NCBI RefSeq assembly: GCF_016908635.1
Contig: NZ_JAFBEG010000002.1
Span: forward strand, 83,725 to 115,724
Length of the DNA stretch: 32,000 nt
Reading direction: 5' to 3'
DNA from: Sporohalobacter salinus
Lineage (GTDB): Bacteria; Bacillota; Halanaerobiia; Halobacteroidales; Acetohalobiaceae
Shown: piece by piece, positions 16,261-24,617 of the stretch
Numbering within the stretch: the first letter of the stretch is position 1
Layout: each line of letters opens with the position of its first letter
Translations under genes and position numbers: made by a program
The notes under the pieces: generated by a model
Told to the model about the DNA's origin: nothing
Databases searched by the model: none
The model's input: the letters and a program-made list of their open reading frames with translations, nothing else

Positions 16261-18027
16261 ATGGATATTTACTTAAAGGAGGAGTCAATTTTGGATAAAA
16301 GATCAAAGTTTTTAGTTTTAGTGCTTACTTTGGCAGTTTTATTAGCCAGTAGTAATTTAGTCTGGGCAGCAAAGAAAGAAATAAATAATAATTTGATTAC
16401 TGCGATTGAAGTTGTGGGGAATAAGAAAATATCTGAAGATGAAATTTTAAAAGCAGTTAAGACTAAAGTAGGAGAAAAGATTTCTAATAAAAAACTGCAA
16501 AAGGATTTACAAGCTATCTTTGAGCTAGGATACTTCTTTGATGTACAAGCTTCATTTGAGAATTATCGCAATGGTATTAAGTTGATTTTTGAAGTAGTAG
16601 AGAATCCAGAATTAAAGAAATTAAAGTTTAAAGGAAATGAATCTATTACTAGTAAGAAATTAAAAGAGAAACTAAATCTTAAACAAGATAAATTATTGAA
16701 TACTAATAAGTTGAATAATGGTTTGCGAAAGATAGAATCTTATTATAAAGAGCAAGGCTATGTTTTGGCTAAAGTAGAAGATGTTTTAATGGAAAAAGAT
16801 GGGACATTGGTAATAACAATTAATGAAGGTAAACTATCAGAAATTAAGATTAAGGGTAATGAAAAGACTAAAGATTTTGTAATTAAACGTAAGTTATCAA
16901 TGGAACCAGGAGATGTCTTTAATGCAGAACAGATGAAAAAGGATCTCCGTGGTATTTATAATTTAGGTTTGTTTAAGGATATCAAGCCTGAACTGAGTCA
17001 GAGTTCTGCAGAGAAAAATGAAGTAAGATTGACTATAAAAGTAACAGAGCGAAAGACAGGTAATGTTGGTATTGGAGCCGGTTACAGCAGTTCTGACGGC
17101 TGGTTAGGGAATTTTAAGATTCAGGAAAAGAACTTTATGGGACGTGCTCAAAAATTAGGATTTCGTTGGGAAGTTGGAGAAGAGAATACCACCTATGAAT
17201 TGAGCTTTTATGAACCTTGGGCTTTTGGAAGTGATACTTCTGTAGGATTCAGTATTTATGACCGTACTGATGAACTAACTAGTGATTTTTCTGATGATTA
17301 TGGCTCTAGTTATGGAGAAACAGATTATGAGGAGCGGGAAAGAGGAGGAAGTATTACTCTAGGACATCCGCTCGGTTACGATATAGAAGGAAATTTAACT
17401 TATGAATATGAGGAGACAAGTAAAGAAGTACTGGATGAAGAAACTAATGTTCTTCCGCCAGCAGAAGAGGAAGGTACTACCAGTAGTTTAACTACTAGTT
17501 TTGTGAGAGATACAAGAAATGATATCTTTAACCCAACAGATGGTCGTAAAGATAAGCTTTCTGTTGAATATGCTGGTCATGCATTAGGAGGAGATAATGA
17601 CTTTATTAAGTATCAACTGGACCTTAGAGATTATACACCTGACTTTATGTTTGAGGATAATAGCTGGGCCTTTCGTCTAAAAACAGGTTTGAGTGAAGGA
17701 TTAGACGAAAAAGGACTTGATCATGAAAAGTACCGAATTGGTGGACCACAAACTTTACGAGGCTTTGAAGATGATGAATTTGTTGGTGAAGAGATGATGT
17801 TATGTAATATTGAATATAGAATTCCATTTGCTGATAACTTTACTGGGGTTTTATTTACTGATGCTGGTAAAGTTTGGGATAAAGATAAAGACTTTGATTT
17901 TGATAATATTAAGAAATCAGCTGGAGTTGGAATCAGATTTAAGACACCGATGGGGCAATTACGCTTAGATTATGGATGGCAAGAAGAAGATTCTAGATTA
18001 CATTTCAGTATAGGTCAGTTATTCTAA
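16261..18027 (+). CDS. bamA: Outer membrane protein assembly factor BamA (Omp85), 3 POTRA domains
   Basis: 588 aa. Signal peptide, three POTRA-like units (IEVVGNKKISEDEIL..., LKFKGNESITSKKLKE..., IKIKGNEKTKDFVIKRKL...) and an Omp85 barrel (GNVGIGAGYSS...IGGPQTLRGF...GVGIRFKTPMGQLRLDYGW...SIGQLF). The more likely start is TTG 16291, with SD AAGGAGGAG 7 nt upstream, giving MDKRSKFLVL.... Confidence 0.92.
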   Translation: MDIYLKEESILDKRSKFLVLVLTLAVLLASSNLVWAAKKEINNNLITAIEVVGNKKISEDEILKAVKTKVGEKISNKKLQKDLQAIFELGYFFDVQASFENYRNGIKLIFEVVENPELKKLKFKGNESITSKKLKEKLNLKQDKLLNTNKLNNGLRKIESYYKEQGYVLAKVEDVLMEKDGTLVITINEGKLSEIKIKGNEKTKDFVIKRKLSMEPGDVFNAEQMKKDLRGIYNLGLFKDIKPELSQSSAEKNEVRLTIKVTERKTGNVGIGAGYSSSDGWLGNFKIQEKNFMGRAQKLGFRWEVGEENTTYELSFYEPWAFGSDTSVGFSIYDRTDELTSDFSDDYGSSYGETDYEERERGGSITLGHPLGYDIEGNLTYEYEETSKEVLDEETNVLPPAEEEGTTSSLTTSFVRDTRNDIFNPTDGRKDKLSVEYAGHALGGDNDFIKYQLDLRDYTPDFMFEDNSWAFRLKTGLSEGLDEKGLDHEKYRIGGPQTLRGFEDDEFVGEEMMLCNIEYRIPFADNFTGVLFTDAGKVWDKDKDFDFDNIKKSAGVGIRFKTPMGQLRLDYGWQEEDSRLHFSIGQLF

Positions 18028-18045
18028 AACAAAATTCTGATATAA

Positions 18046-18585
18046 TTGAAAGGGGTTAAAAATATAATGTTGCAAGAAAAAAAATTAATTAAAATATTAG
18101 CATTGACATTAGTTTTAAGTGTAGGAGTGGGAGCAGTATTCTTTTTATCACCGCAGGTAAAGGCTAAGTCTGAAGTTGAGAAGGCAGTTGCTTATGTTGA
18201 TTTTGATAAAATATTGAAAAATCATCCTAAGCGAGATGAAATAGATACTCAGTTCAAACAATATTTTCAAAGCTTAAAAAAGCAGTTGAGTTCTGAATTA
18301 CAATCGAAGGTAAAAGATGTTAGTGGTAAAGAACGTCAGAAGTTATTGCATGATTATAATCAGAAGTTAAAGAACCAGATTGAACAGAAGAAAGCAGAAT
18401 TACTACAGCCGCTTAAGGAAGATATCAATACTACTATTAAAGAAGTAGCAGACCAGCAGGGAGTTGCCGTAGTACTCCATAAAGAGACGGTAATTTATGG
18501 AGGTAATGATTTGACAGATAAGGTCTTATCTGCAATTAAGAAAAAAGAAGAAAAAGATACTAAATCTAAGACTGAAAGTAATTAA
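18046..18585 (+). CDS. skp: OmpH/Skp-family periplasmic chaperone (paralog 1, SPase-I signal)
   Basis: Signal peptide ending QVKA/KS. Skp-like ends VAYVDFDKILKNHP... and ...VADQQGVAVVLHKETVIYGGNDLTDKVLSAIKKK flank a coiled-coil middle. The likely true start is ATG 18067 (MLQEKKLIK...). Confidence 0.8.
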   Translation: MKGVKNIMLQEKKLIKILALTLVLSVGVGAVFFLSPQVKAKSEVEKAVAYVDFDKILKNHPKRDEIDTQFKQYFQSLKKQLSSELQSKVKDVSGKERQKLLHDYNQKLKNQIEQKKAELLQPLKEDINTTIKEVADQQGVAVVLHKETVIYGGNDLTDKVLSAIKKKEEKDTKSKTESN

Positions 18586-18617
18586 GCAGCCGTGAGAAGC
18601 TTATTAGGAAGTGAGGG

Positions 18618-19796
18618 ATGAAGATGCGGCGCAAGTTTTGGTGGAAATTAGGAAGTCTGTTAATTATAGTTTTATTTCTGCTTCAGTTGGTTGGCTGTAA
18701 TAACAATTTAGCTACTAATGATTCTAAACAGAATAAAAATGTATCTAACAAAGATTCTCATCAAAGTAGTAAAGCTGTAGCTAATAAGATAGGAATAGTA
18801 GATCTAGAAAAATTAAAGGCAGTTCATCCTGAAGCAAAAAGATTAGAAGAATTAAACAAACAGATTAGGGATAACCAAGTTAACTTAGATGAGCAGCAGG
18901 GCGTTCTAAATCTTACTGCTCAAAATAGAGAAGAACATTTACAGAGTATTAATGAGCAGATAAATAAACGTCTTCAGGATATTAAATCAAAATATCAAAC
19001 TAAGATAGATGAACATGTGAAAGATACAAAGGAGAAATTAAATTCTTATAAAGAAAGTCTCAAGCAGCAGACGAAACAGAAGTTTAAAGAGAAAAAGGCA
19101 GAAATTAGACAAGAAATGGAAAATCAAATAAATGAAAAGAAAGAAGAGCATAGTAAGAAAATACAAAATTATCAGCAAAAGTTAAATAAGAAGTATAATA
19201 GGAAAATTTTAAATTTGAGATTAAAACTTCAAATGTTAAATTTGTCTGCTAAAGAACGCAAAAAGTATCAAAATCGTTTAGCAGAAGTGGAAACAGAACG
19301 TAAAGAAAAATTAAATAGTAAGAAAAAGGAATTTCAGAAAAAATTACAGGAATATGCTTCAAAGCAGCAGAAACAAGCAGAAGAAAGATTGCATTCTTAT
19401 CAACAAAAATTAACTAAGAAGATGCAGCAGAAAATAAATGCTAAAAAAGAAGAAGCTAATAAGGAATTACAGAATTATGTTAAAGAACAGAATCAGTTTT
19501 TACAACAGGAAATAAAAACAAAGAGAAAAAATCTAACTACTAAATTGCGGGATACAATTGTAGAAGCAGAGAAGAACCTGGATGATAACATTACAGAAAG
19601 AAATAGAGAATTAACAGATAATTTAAAGAAACTTAAAGCAGATAGAAAGAAATTAAAAAAGAAGATTAGAGAAGATATTAAGGAAAAGATATCTGAGGTA
19701 GCTCAAACTAAAGAGCTGCAGGTAGTATTGACTACTTCTAGTAAGAATCTATCTGCAATTAATATTACAGAGGATGTAGTTACTAAATTGAAGTAA
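18618..19796 (+). CDS. Expanded OmpH/Skp-like coiled-coil lipoprotein (paralog 2)
   Basis: 392 aa with lipobox LVGC. The Skp-like N-terminal edge (KIGIVDLEKLKAVHPEAKRLEELNKQ) and C-terminal edge (VAQTKELQVVLTTSSKNLSAINITEDVVTKLK) flank a K/Q/E-rich coiled coil of about 270 aa. ATG 18624 is an alternative start. Confidence 0.6.
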   Translation: MKMRRKFWWKLGSLLIIVLFLLQLVGCNNNLATNDSKQNKNVSNKDSHQSSKAVANKIGIVDLEKLKAVHPEAKRLEELNKQIRDNQVNLDEQQGVLNLTAQNREEHLQSINEQINKRLQDIKSKYQTKIDEHVKDTKEKLNSYKESLKQQTKQKFKEKKAEIRQEMENQINEKKEEHSKKIQNYQQKLNKKYNRKILNLRLKLQMLNLSAKERKKYQNRLAEVETERKEKLNSKKKEFQKKLQEYASKQQKQAEERLHSYQQKLTKKMQQKINAKKEEANKELQNYVKEQNQFLQQEIKTKRKNLTTKLRDTIVEAEKNLDDNITERNRELTDNLKKLKADRKKLKKKIREDIKEKISEVAQTKELQVVLTTSSKNLSAINITEDVVTKLK

Positions 19797-19827
19797 TGAG
19801 TTTACAATTTAGGAGGGGAATTTTTAG

Positions 19828-20244
19828 ATGAATAAAAGATTAAAATTATTATTAATCGGGTTGGCTGTTTTAATATTATTTACCGGTTGTACCCAGCAAA
19901 GCAAAGTAGCCGTTGTTGATATGCAGAAGATAGTAGAAAATAGTGATCGTATTCAAGATTATCAGCAGCAATTAGATAAAAAATTAAAAGAGCTACAGAC
20001 TGAATATAAAACTAAATTAAATAATATAGATGATGAAGAGAAATTAAAAGTAAAAAGAGAAGAAGCCTACCAGAAAAGCCAAAAGATTAAGTCAGATATT
20101 GAATCCAAAGTTAAAGCAGATATACAGAAGGTTATTAGTGAAATAGCTAAGGAGCAAGAAATAGATGTAGTATTAAATAAAAATGATGTTAAATATGGAG
20201 GAGTAGATATTACTGACCAGGTTATTAAGGCTTTAAAGAAATAG
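19828..20244 (+). CDS. OmpH/Skp-family chaperone lipoprotein (paralog 3)
   Basis: 138 aa with lipobox FTGC. Skp pattern: VAVVDMQKIVENSDRIQDYQQQLDKK...IAKEQEIDVVLNKNDVKYGGVDITDQVIKALKK. Confidence 0.75.
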   Translation: MNKRLKLLLIGLAVLILFTGCTQQSKVAVVDMQKIVENSDRIQDYQQQLDKKLKELQTEYKTKLNNIDDEEKLKVKREEAYQKSQKIKSDIESKVKADIQKVISEIAKEQEIDVVLNKNDVKYGGVDITDQVIKALKK

Positions 20245-20284
20245 CTTAGAATTGAGTTTGTGTTAAAGGGAGGCTTATAAGAAG

Positions 20285-21316
20285 TTGACAGTATCGTTAA
20301 AAGAACTGGCAAACTTAGTAAATGGAGAAGTAATAGGAAATGATGAAGTTATAATTTCTGGTGTAGGTGGGGTTGAGAATGTAACAGAAGGAGAAATTAC
20401 ATTTGTTCAGAATGATAAATATTTAAAAAAAGCAGAATCTAGTTCAGCAGCGGCAATTATTGTTAATGATAGGATCGAATCAAATAAAGCTTTATTAAAA
20501 GTAGATAATCCTAGATTAGCTTTTGCGAAGATTGCTCATGAATTCACACCTCAGTTATATAAGACTAATGAAATTCATCCTACAGCAGTGATAGCCAATG
20601 ATGTAGAATTTGGTAGTGATGTTTCAATAGGATCACAAGTTACAATTGAATCCGGGGTTTCAATTGGAGATAATGTGAGAATAGCCCCCGGGGCTTATAT
20701 AGGTGCTCAAGCTCAAATTGGCAACGAGACCATTATCCATCCTAATGCAGTAATTATGCATGAGACTGAAATAGGTAACAGAGTAATTATTCAAGCAGGT
20801 TCTGTAATTGGAAGTGATGGTTATGGATTTGAAACTACTCCTAATGGTCATTATAAAGTACCGCAGTTTGGTAATGTAATAATTGAGGATGATGTAGAAT
20901 TAGGAGCGAATGTGACTGTAGATCGTGGTGCTACTGGTTCAACAATTATTGGCAAGGGTACTAAGACTGATAACTTAGTGCATATTGCCCATAATGTAGA
21001 GATAGGTGAGGGCTGTCTTTTAATTGCTCAGGTGGGTATTGCTGGTAGTGCTAAGATTGGAGAGGGGGTGACATTAGCCGGGAAAGCTGGAGTAGTTGGT
21101 CACTTAGAAATAGGTGCTAATACTACTGTAGCAGCTCAAAGTGTTATTACTAAGGATGTACCACCAGATTCTTTCTATTCTGGCTATCCAGCTCAAGACC
21201 ATAAGTCAGAAATGAGAATTAAGGCAGCAAGACGTAGATTACCAAAGATGGTAAAAGAACTGCGGGCATTAAAACAGGAAATAAGTGAGTTAAAAGGAAA
21301 ATTAGAGGAGGAATAG
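20285..21316 (+). CDS. lpxD: UDP-3-O-(3-hydroxyacyl)glucosamine N-acyltransferase
   Basis: 343 aa with a TTG start after SD AGGGAGG. It has the LpxD N-terminal domain (LKELANLVNGEVIGN...), long left-handed beta-helix hexapeptide repeats, the VHIAHNVEIG catalytic-His region, and a C-terminal helix. Confidence 0.95.
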   Translation: MTVSLKELANLVNGEVIGNDEVIISGVGGVENVTEGEITFVQNDKYLKKAESSSAAAIIVNDRIESNKALLKVDNPRLAFAKIAHEFTPQLYKTNEIHPTAVIANDVEFGSDVSIGSQVTIESGVSIGDNVRIAPGAYIGAQAQIGNETIIHPNAVIMHETEIGNRVIIQAGSVIGSDGYGFETTPNGHYKVPQFGNVIIEDDVELGANVTVDRGATGSTIIGKGTKTDNLVHIAHNVEIGEGCLLIAQVGIAGSAKIGEGVTLAGKAGVVGHLEIGANTTVAAQSVITKDVPPDSFYSGYPAQDHKSEMRIKAARRRLPKMVKELRALKQEISELKGKLEEE

Positions 21317-21321
21317 ATTAC

Positions 21322-21981
21322 ATGGTAGTTAGGAAAGAATTAAATATAATAATAATCACACTAATCGTTGGAGCAATGTTAATTACCACAGGTAATGCTT
21401 TTGCTGTTACTGCTTTTGAAGGTGGATTTAGCGGTTTGATTAAAACCCCTACTGCTAATGTCTTACCTTATAATAAAGCAGCAGTGGGATATCAACATAC
21501 TGACAGTGCCAATTTAGCTTCATTTAATTATGGAGTTTATGATAGTTTTGAATTAGGTTTAACAAATTATTGGTATGATGAAGACGAAGTTGAAGATGAT
21601 GATCTGTTTTTAAATGCTAAGCTACAATTGATGCAAGAAAATAATAATCAGCCAGCTGCAGCTATGGGGGTAGTAAATGAGGATTTTTATGGAGTAGTTA
21701 GTCAAAATTTAGATTACGGTTTAAGGGGACATATTGGACTTGGAGATGGAGATTTTGATGGCTTATTTGCAGGAATAAGTAAAACTCTTAATCCAGTAAC
21801 TATTTCTAGCGAAGGAAAGAATCAAACTCAGATACCGGTGACTACTTTAATGATGGAATATATTGATGAAGAATTTAATGCAGGGGCTAGATTAAAGTTA
21901 ACTCCACAGCTTAACTTTAATTTAGCATTAGAAGATCTATCTGATCTATCTGCTGGAATTAATTTTGAAACTCAGTTTTAA
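21322..21981 (+). CDS. Uncharacterised small predicted outer-membrane beta-barrel protein
   Basis: 219 aa. Signal peptide ending NAFA/VT. Amphipathic alternating segments (AAVGYQH, FNYGVY, FELGLTNYWY, LNFNLALE). The C-terminal OMP beta-signal-like end is SAGINFETQF with a terminal Phe. Very acidic. I recognised no family with confidence. Confidence 0.5.
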   Translation: MVVRKELNIIIITLIVGAMLITTGNAFAVTAFEGGFSGLIKTPTANVLPYNKAAVGYQHTDSANLASFNYGVYDSFELGLTNYWYDEDEVEDDDLFLNAKLQLMQENNNQPAAAMGVVNEDFYGVVSQNLDYGLRGHIGLGDGDFDGLFAGISKTLNPVTISSEGKNQTQIPVTTLMMEYIDEEFNAGARLKLTPQLNFNLALEDLSDLSAGINFETQF

Positions 21982-21999
21982 ATAAGAGTATAGTTTTGA

Positions 22000-22034
22000 T
22001 TAACCTCCCAAAATTAACTGGGAGGTTAATTTAT
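22000..22034 (+). terminator. Hairpin / probable weak terminator after the small OMP gene
   Basis: Perfect 11-bp stem TTAACCTCCCA (22000-22010) / TGGGAGGTTAA (22019-22029) with an 8-nt loop, followed only by TTTAT, a short U tract. Confidence 0.5.
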
Positions 22035-22069
22035 GTCTAAGCTATCCATTAATTACCTTCTTTGCTCTA

Positions 22070-22098
22070 TTTACGCCTCTTATCTTAGATGGTATAAT
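22070..22098 (+). promoter_or_regulatory. Putative extended -10 promoter for the ABC module (and possibly lpxC-fabZ-lpxA...)
   Basis: TGgTATAAT (22090-22098) is a perfect extended -10. The weak -35 TTTACG (22070-22075) is at 17-nt spacing. Confidence 0.4.
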
Positions 22099-22112
22099 TA
22101 CAAGGGATAGGA

Positions 22113-24584
22113 GTGAAAACAGTGGATATTTTAAGACATAAATTCCGAAACGACTTATTAATTTGGCTGATTATTGTTGTTTTGGTTGGTAGTGGTTTAT
22201 CTGGAGGAATAGGTTATTTAGCTGATAATTACTTTGGGGATACTATGAATAATTTATTGGGAGATTACGGCAAGTATGACTTTTTACTAACAGTTAATCA
22301 GGAGATGACTGATTCTGCTGTTAGTGAAATAGAAGAGATTATTGAGCAGAAATTTCCTGGTTCAAAGTTAAAAAAAGGAATTACTGTAGCAGGAACAGTT
22401 AATTATTTTTTACAATTAGATGAAGAATTGCGTACTAAAGCTGTTTTTTCTAAGGTAGATGACCAATTTGAAGAGATAATTGGGGTTGATAATGTATCTC
22501 TGATGGCAGAACCTAAAATTTCTTTACAGGGAATGATTGGTGATACTAAAGATTTCTTTAATAAAAAGATAAGTAAGTTGCCTGAGGTTGATTTTATATT
22601 ATCTACTGGTTCAGGATTAGATATTATTTTAAAACAGTCTGCTGATTTGCAGGTAGTTACTGAAAAAATTGAAAATATTCTGGATAATTATAAGTTATTA
22701 CAGATTAGATTTCCAATTGCTCAATCACCACAGAAGATTACTGATTTGAATGTAGATTTGCGTCAAGAATTAAAAAAAGAATTTTCTTCACAACAGATTC
22801 AGAGTCTTAGTTCTGGTCAGCGAGAAAATTTAGATGACTTAATTAAGACAATGACTCAAATGAAGAAATTTCTTGTGGAATATGCTACTGTTGTTGAAGT
22901 CAAATTGCCTTCAAATTTAAAGGTTAGTTCAACTGAAACTTTTGCTTTAGCTAGTAAAGAAGATGGCTCACTATCTGTTGGAGATAAGATTACAGAAGAT
23001 ACAGTTCTTTTAACACCGCTGCAGAAAGAAGATGGATTATTGGAGTTAATTATTAGTCGAGGCGATGGTACTGAAATTGCAGGTCAAAATCTCTGCTTAG
23101 TTAGTCAAGAAGGGATAGTGAAGCGAAAACTGCAGGTGGCTAAGATACAGAAGCCGCGTTATTTGCTTAAGAAGGCTGTAGGAGAAACGAAAGAGTTAGT
23201 ACCTAAATTGACTTCGATTGTAAACAGTGCTGAAGAGGTTAATAAGAATTTTTCAAGCTGGTTAACAAAATATCAACAGGGAATAAGTCAAATTCAGCAA
23301 TTAAAAGAAAAGTTAATCAATCAGCAGAGCAAATTGACAAGTTTATCTTCAAATGGAAACATACAGGAGTTAGCAACAACAATAAATAATATTTCTACTA
23401 TTACTACTAACTTAGAAGAAACCATGACTCAGATGTACCAATTAAGAGAAAAATTAATTGATATTAATTCTAATTTTAAGAGTTTTGAGCGTAATATAGA
23501 AAAACAGATAGCTGCTTTATCTTTAGTAGGTGCTAAGAATGAAAGATTAAATAATCTGCGGGATTCAATTAATGCTTTACAGCAAAAGACAGATGGAAAA
23601 ATGAATACAATAATTAGCAGAATTAATTCCTACAATCCACTTTTAAATAAGTTACAAAAGTGGAATAATAACTTAGAAGCAATGCAAGATTTATTAAGTA
23701 CTACTTCTGATTTAGATTTAAATTCACCAAAAGTAAAAAGAACTTTTGGACAAGTAGTAGGAAATTTAGATGAGGTAATGACTAGTCTGGACAATATTAA
23801 TTATCCAGAATTAAAAGAAGAATTAGTAACATTAAAATCTGGTGTTGAAGATTTAAATCAGTTAAACTTTAAATTAATTATTAAAGAGTTAAATCATATG
23901 CAAAATGTCTTACCCAATCTTAAAGATGAAGAGATTACAGGAACAATTCAATTGCTGGATAAACATTTAGCTGGACAGGTTGTTCCAGGGAAAGTGCTTT
24001 ATTTTCTGGTCAACCAAAATATTAAGAAAGGTTCATTAGAGGCTAAAATTAATAATTATTTTGCAAATAAGAATCAGGATATTGAGTTGTTATTTACAAC
24101 GCCTGGTCTGTTGCAGCCTAATGTTAGGGGAGAGTTTTTTAGAATTTTAGGAGAAGTAAGAGCGGTTTTAACAGCAGTTATTGCCTTAGTTTTCACGGCT
24201 TTTGTATTATTTATGGATCAGTCTTTAGTTATGGTAACTATTCAACGAAGGAATAAACAGAAGAGTAATAGACTATTTAAAGCTTTAAATTCCAGTTATT
24301 TATACGGTTTTATACTAGGAGGATTATTGTTGAGCAGTATCTTTTACATTTCACAAGCGAAACTGCCATTTTTAAATCTTAAGTATATATTTATTATAGG
24401 TGGTGGTTTAGGTATACTAGCGGCTAATAAAGCAAGTTCTATTAATCCTCTTAATGAAGCTGAATTTTTGGCTGGAGAGGCACTAGGCTTAAACTATACT
24501 GAAATTATGCATGAGATTGTCATTCCTAAAGGAAGACCAGGGTTATTAACAATATTAAATAAAAGGAAGATGGTTTTTGAGTAA
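22113..24584 (+). CDS. Giant ABC-associated membrane protein with 1+3 TM topology and a roughly 645-aa coiled-coil-rich extracytoplasmic domain (FtsX/MacB-like architecture; unassigned family)
   Basis: 823 aa. TM1 is at aa 15-36 after a basic N-terminus. A long soluble region has heptad-like Q/N/L/K stretches. Three C-terminal TMs span about aa 684-771. Loop QRRNKQKSNRLFKALNSS and post-TM4 INPLNEAEFLAGE resemble FtsX-family landmarks. An EAA-loop-like tail follows. The partner ATPase gene is immediately downstream. The likely start is GTG 22122, since SD AGGAG (22109-22113) overlaps the track start. Confidence 0.5.
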   Translation: MKTVDILRHKFRNDLLIWLIIVVLVGSGLSGGIGYLADNYFGDTMNNLLGDYGKYDFLLTVNQEMTDSAVSEIEEIIEQKFPGSKLKKGITVAGTVNYFLQLDEELRTKAVFSKVDDQFEEIIGVDNVSLMAEPKISLQGMIGDTKDFFNKKISKLPEVDFILSTGSGLDIILKQSADLQVVTEKIENILDNYKLLQIRFPIAQSPQKITDLNVDLRQELKKEFSSQQIQSLSSGQRENLDDLIKTMTQMKKFLVEYATVVEVKLPSNLKVSSTETFALASKEDGSLSVGDKITEDTVLLTPLQKEDGLLELIISRGDGTEIAGQNLCLVSQEGIVKRKLQVAKIQKPRYLLKKAVGETKELVPKLTSIVNSAEEVNKNFSSWLTKYQQGISQIQQLKEKLINQQSKLTSLSSNGNIQELATTINNISTITTNLEETMTQMYQLREKLIDINSNFKSFERNIEKQIAALSLVGAKNERLNNLRDSINALQQKTDGKMNTIISRINSYNPLLNKLQKWNNNLEAMQDLLSTTSDLDLNSPKVKRTFGQVVGNLDEVMTSLDNINYPELKEELVTLKSGVEDLNQLNFKLIIKELNHMQNVLPNLKDEEITGTIQLLDKHLAGQVVPGKVLYFLVNQNIKKGSLEAKINNYFANKNQDIELLFTTPGLLQPNVRGEFFRILGEVRAVLTAVIALVFTAFVLFMDQSLVMVTIQRRNKQKSNRLFKALNSSYLYGFILGGLLLSSIFYISQAKLPFLNLKYIFIIGGGLGILAANKASSINPLNEAEFLAGEALGLNYTEIMHEIVIPKGRPGLLTILNKRKMVFE

Positions 24585-24617
24585 AAATTTAGTTTTAATA
24601 TTTAGAGATGATGTGAT

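Noticed and set aside
21322-21981. The small OMP as a lipid A-modifying barrel (PagL/PagP/LpxR-like), given its position next to lpxD.
   Set aside because: I could not find the PagL-type H-x-S-N catalytic motif or any other recognisable catalytic signature. The idea is left as untested and no call is made.
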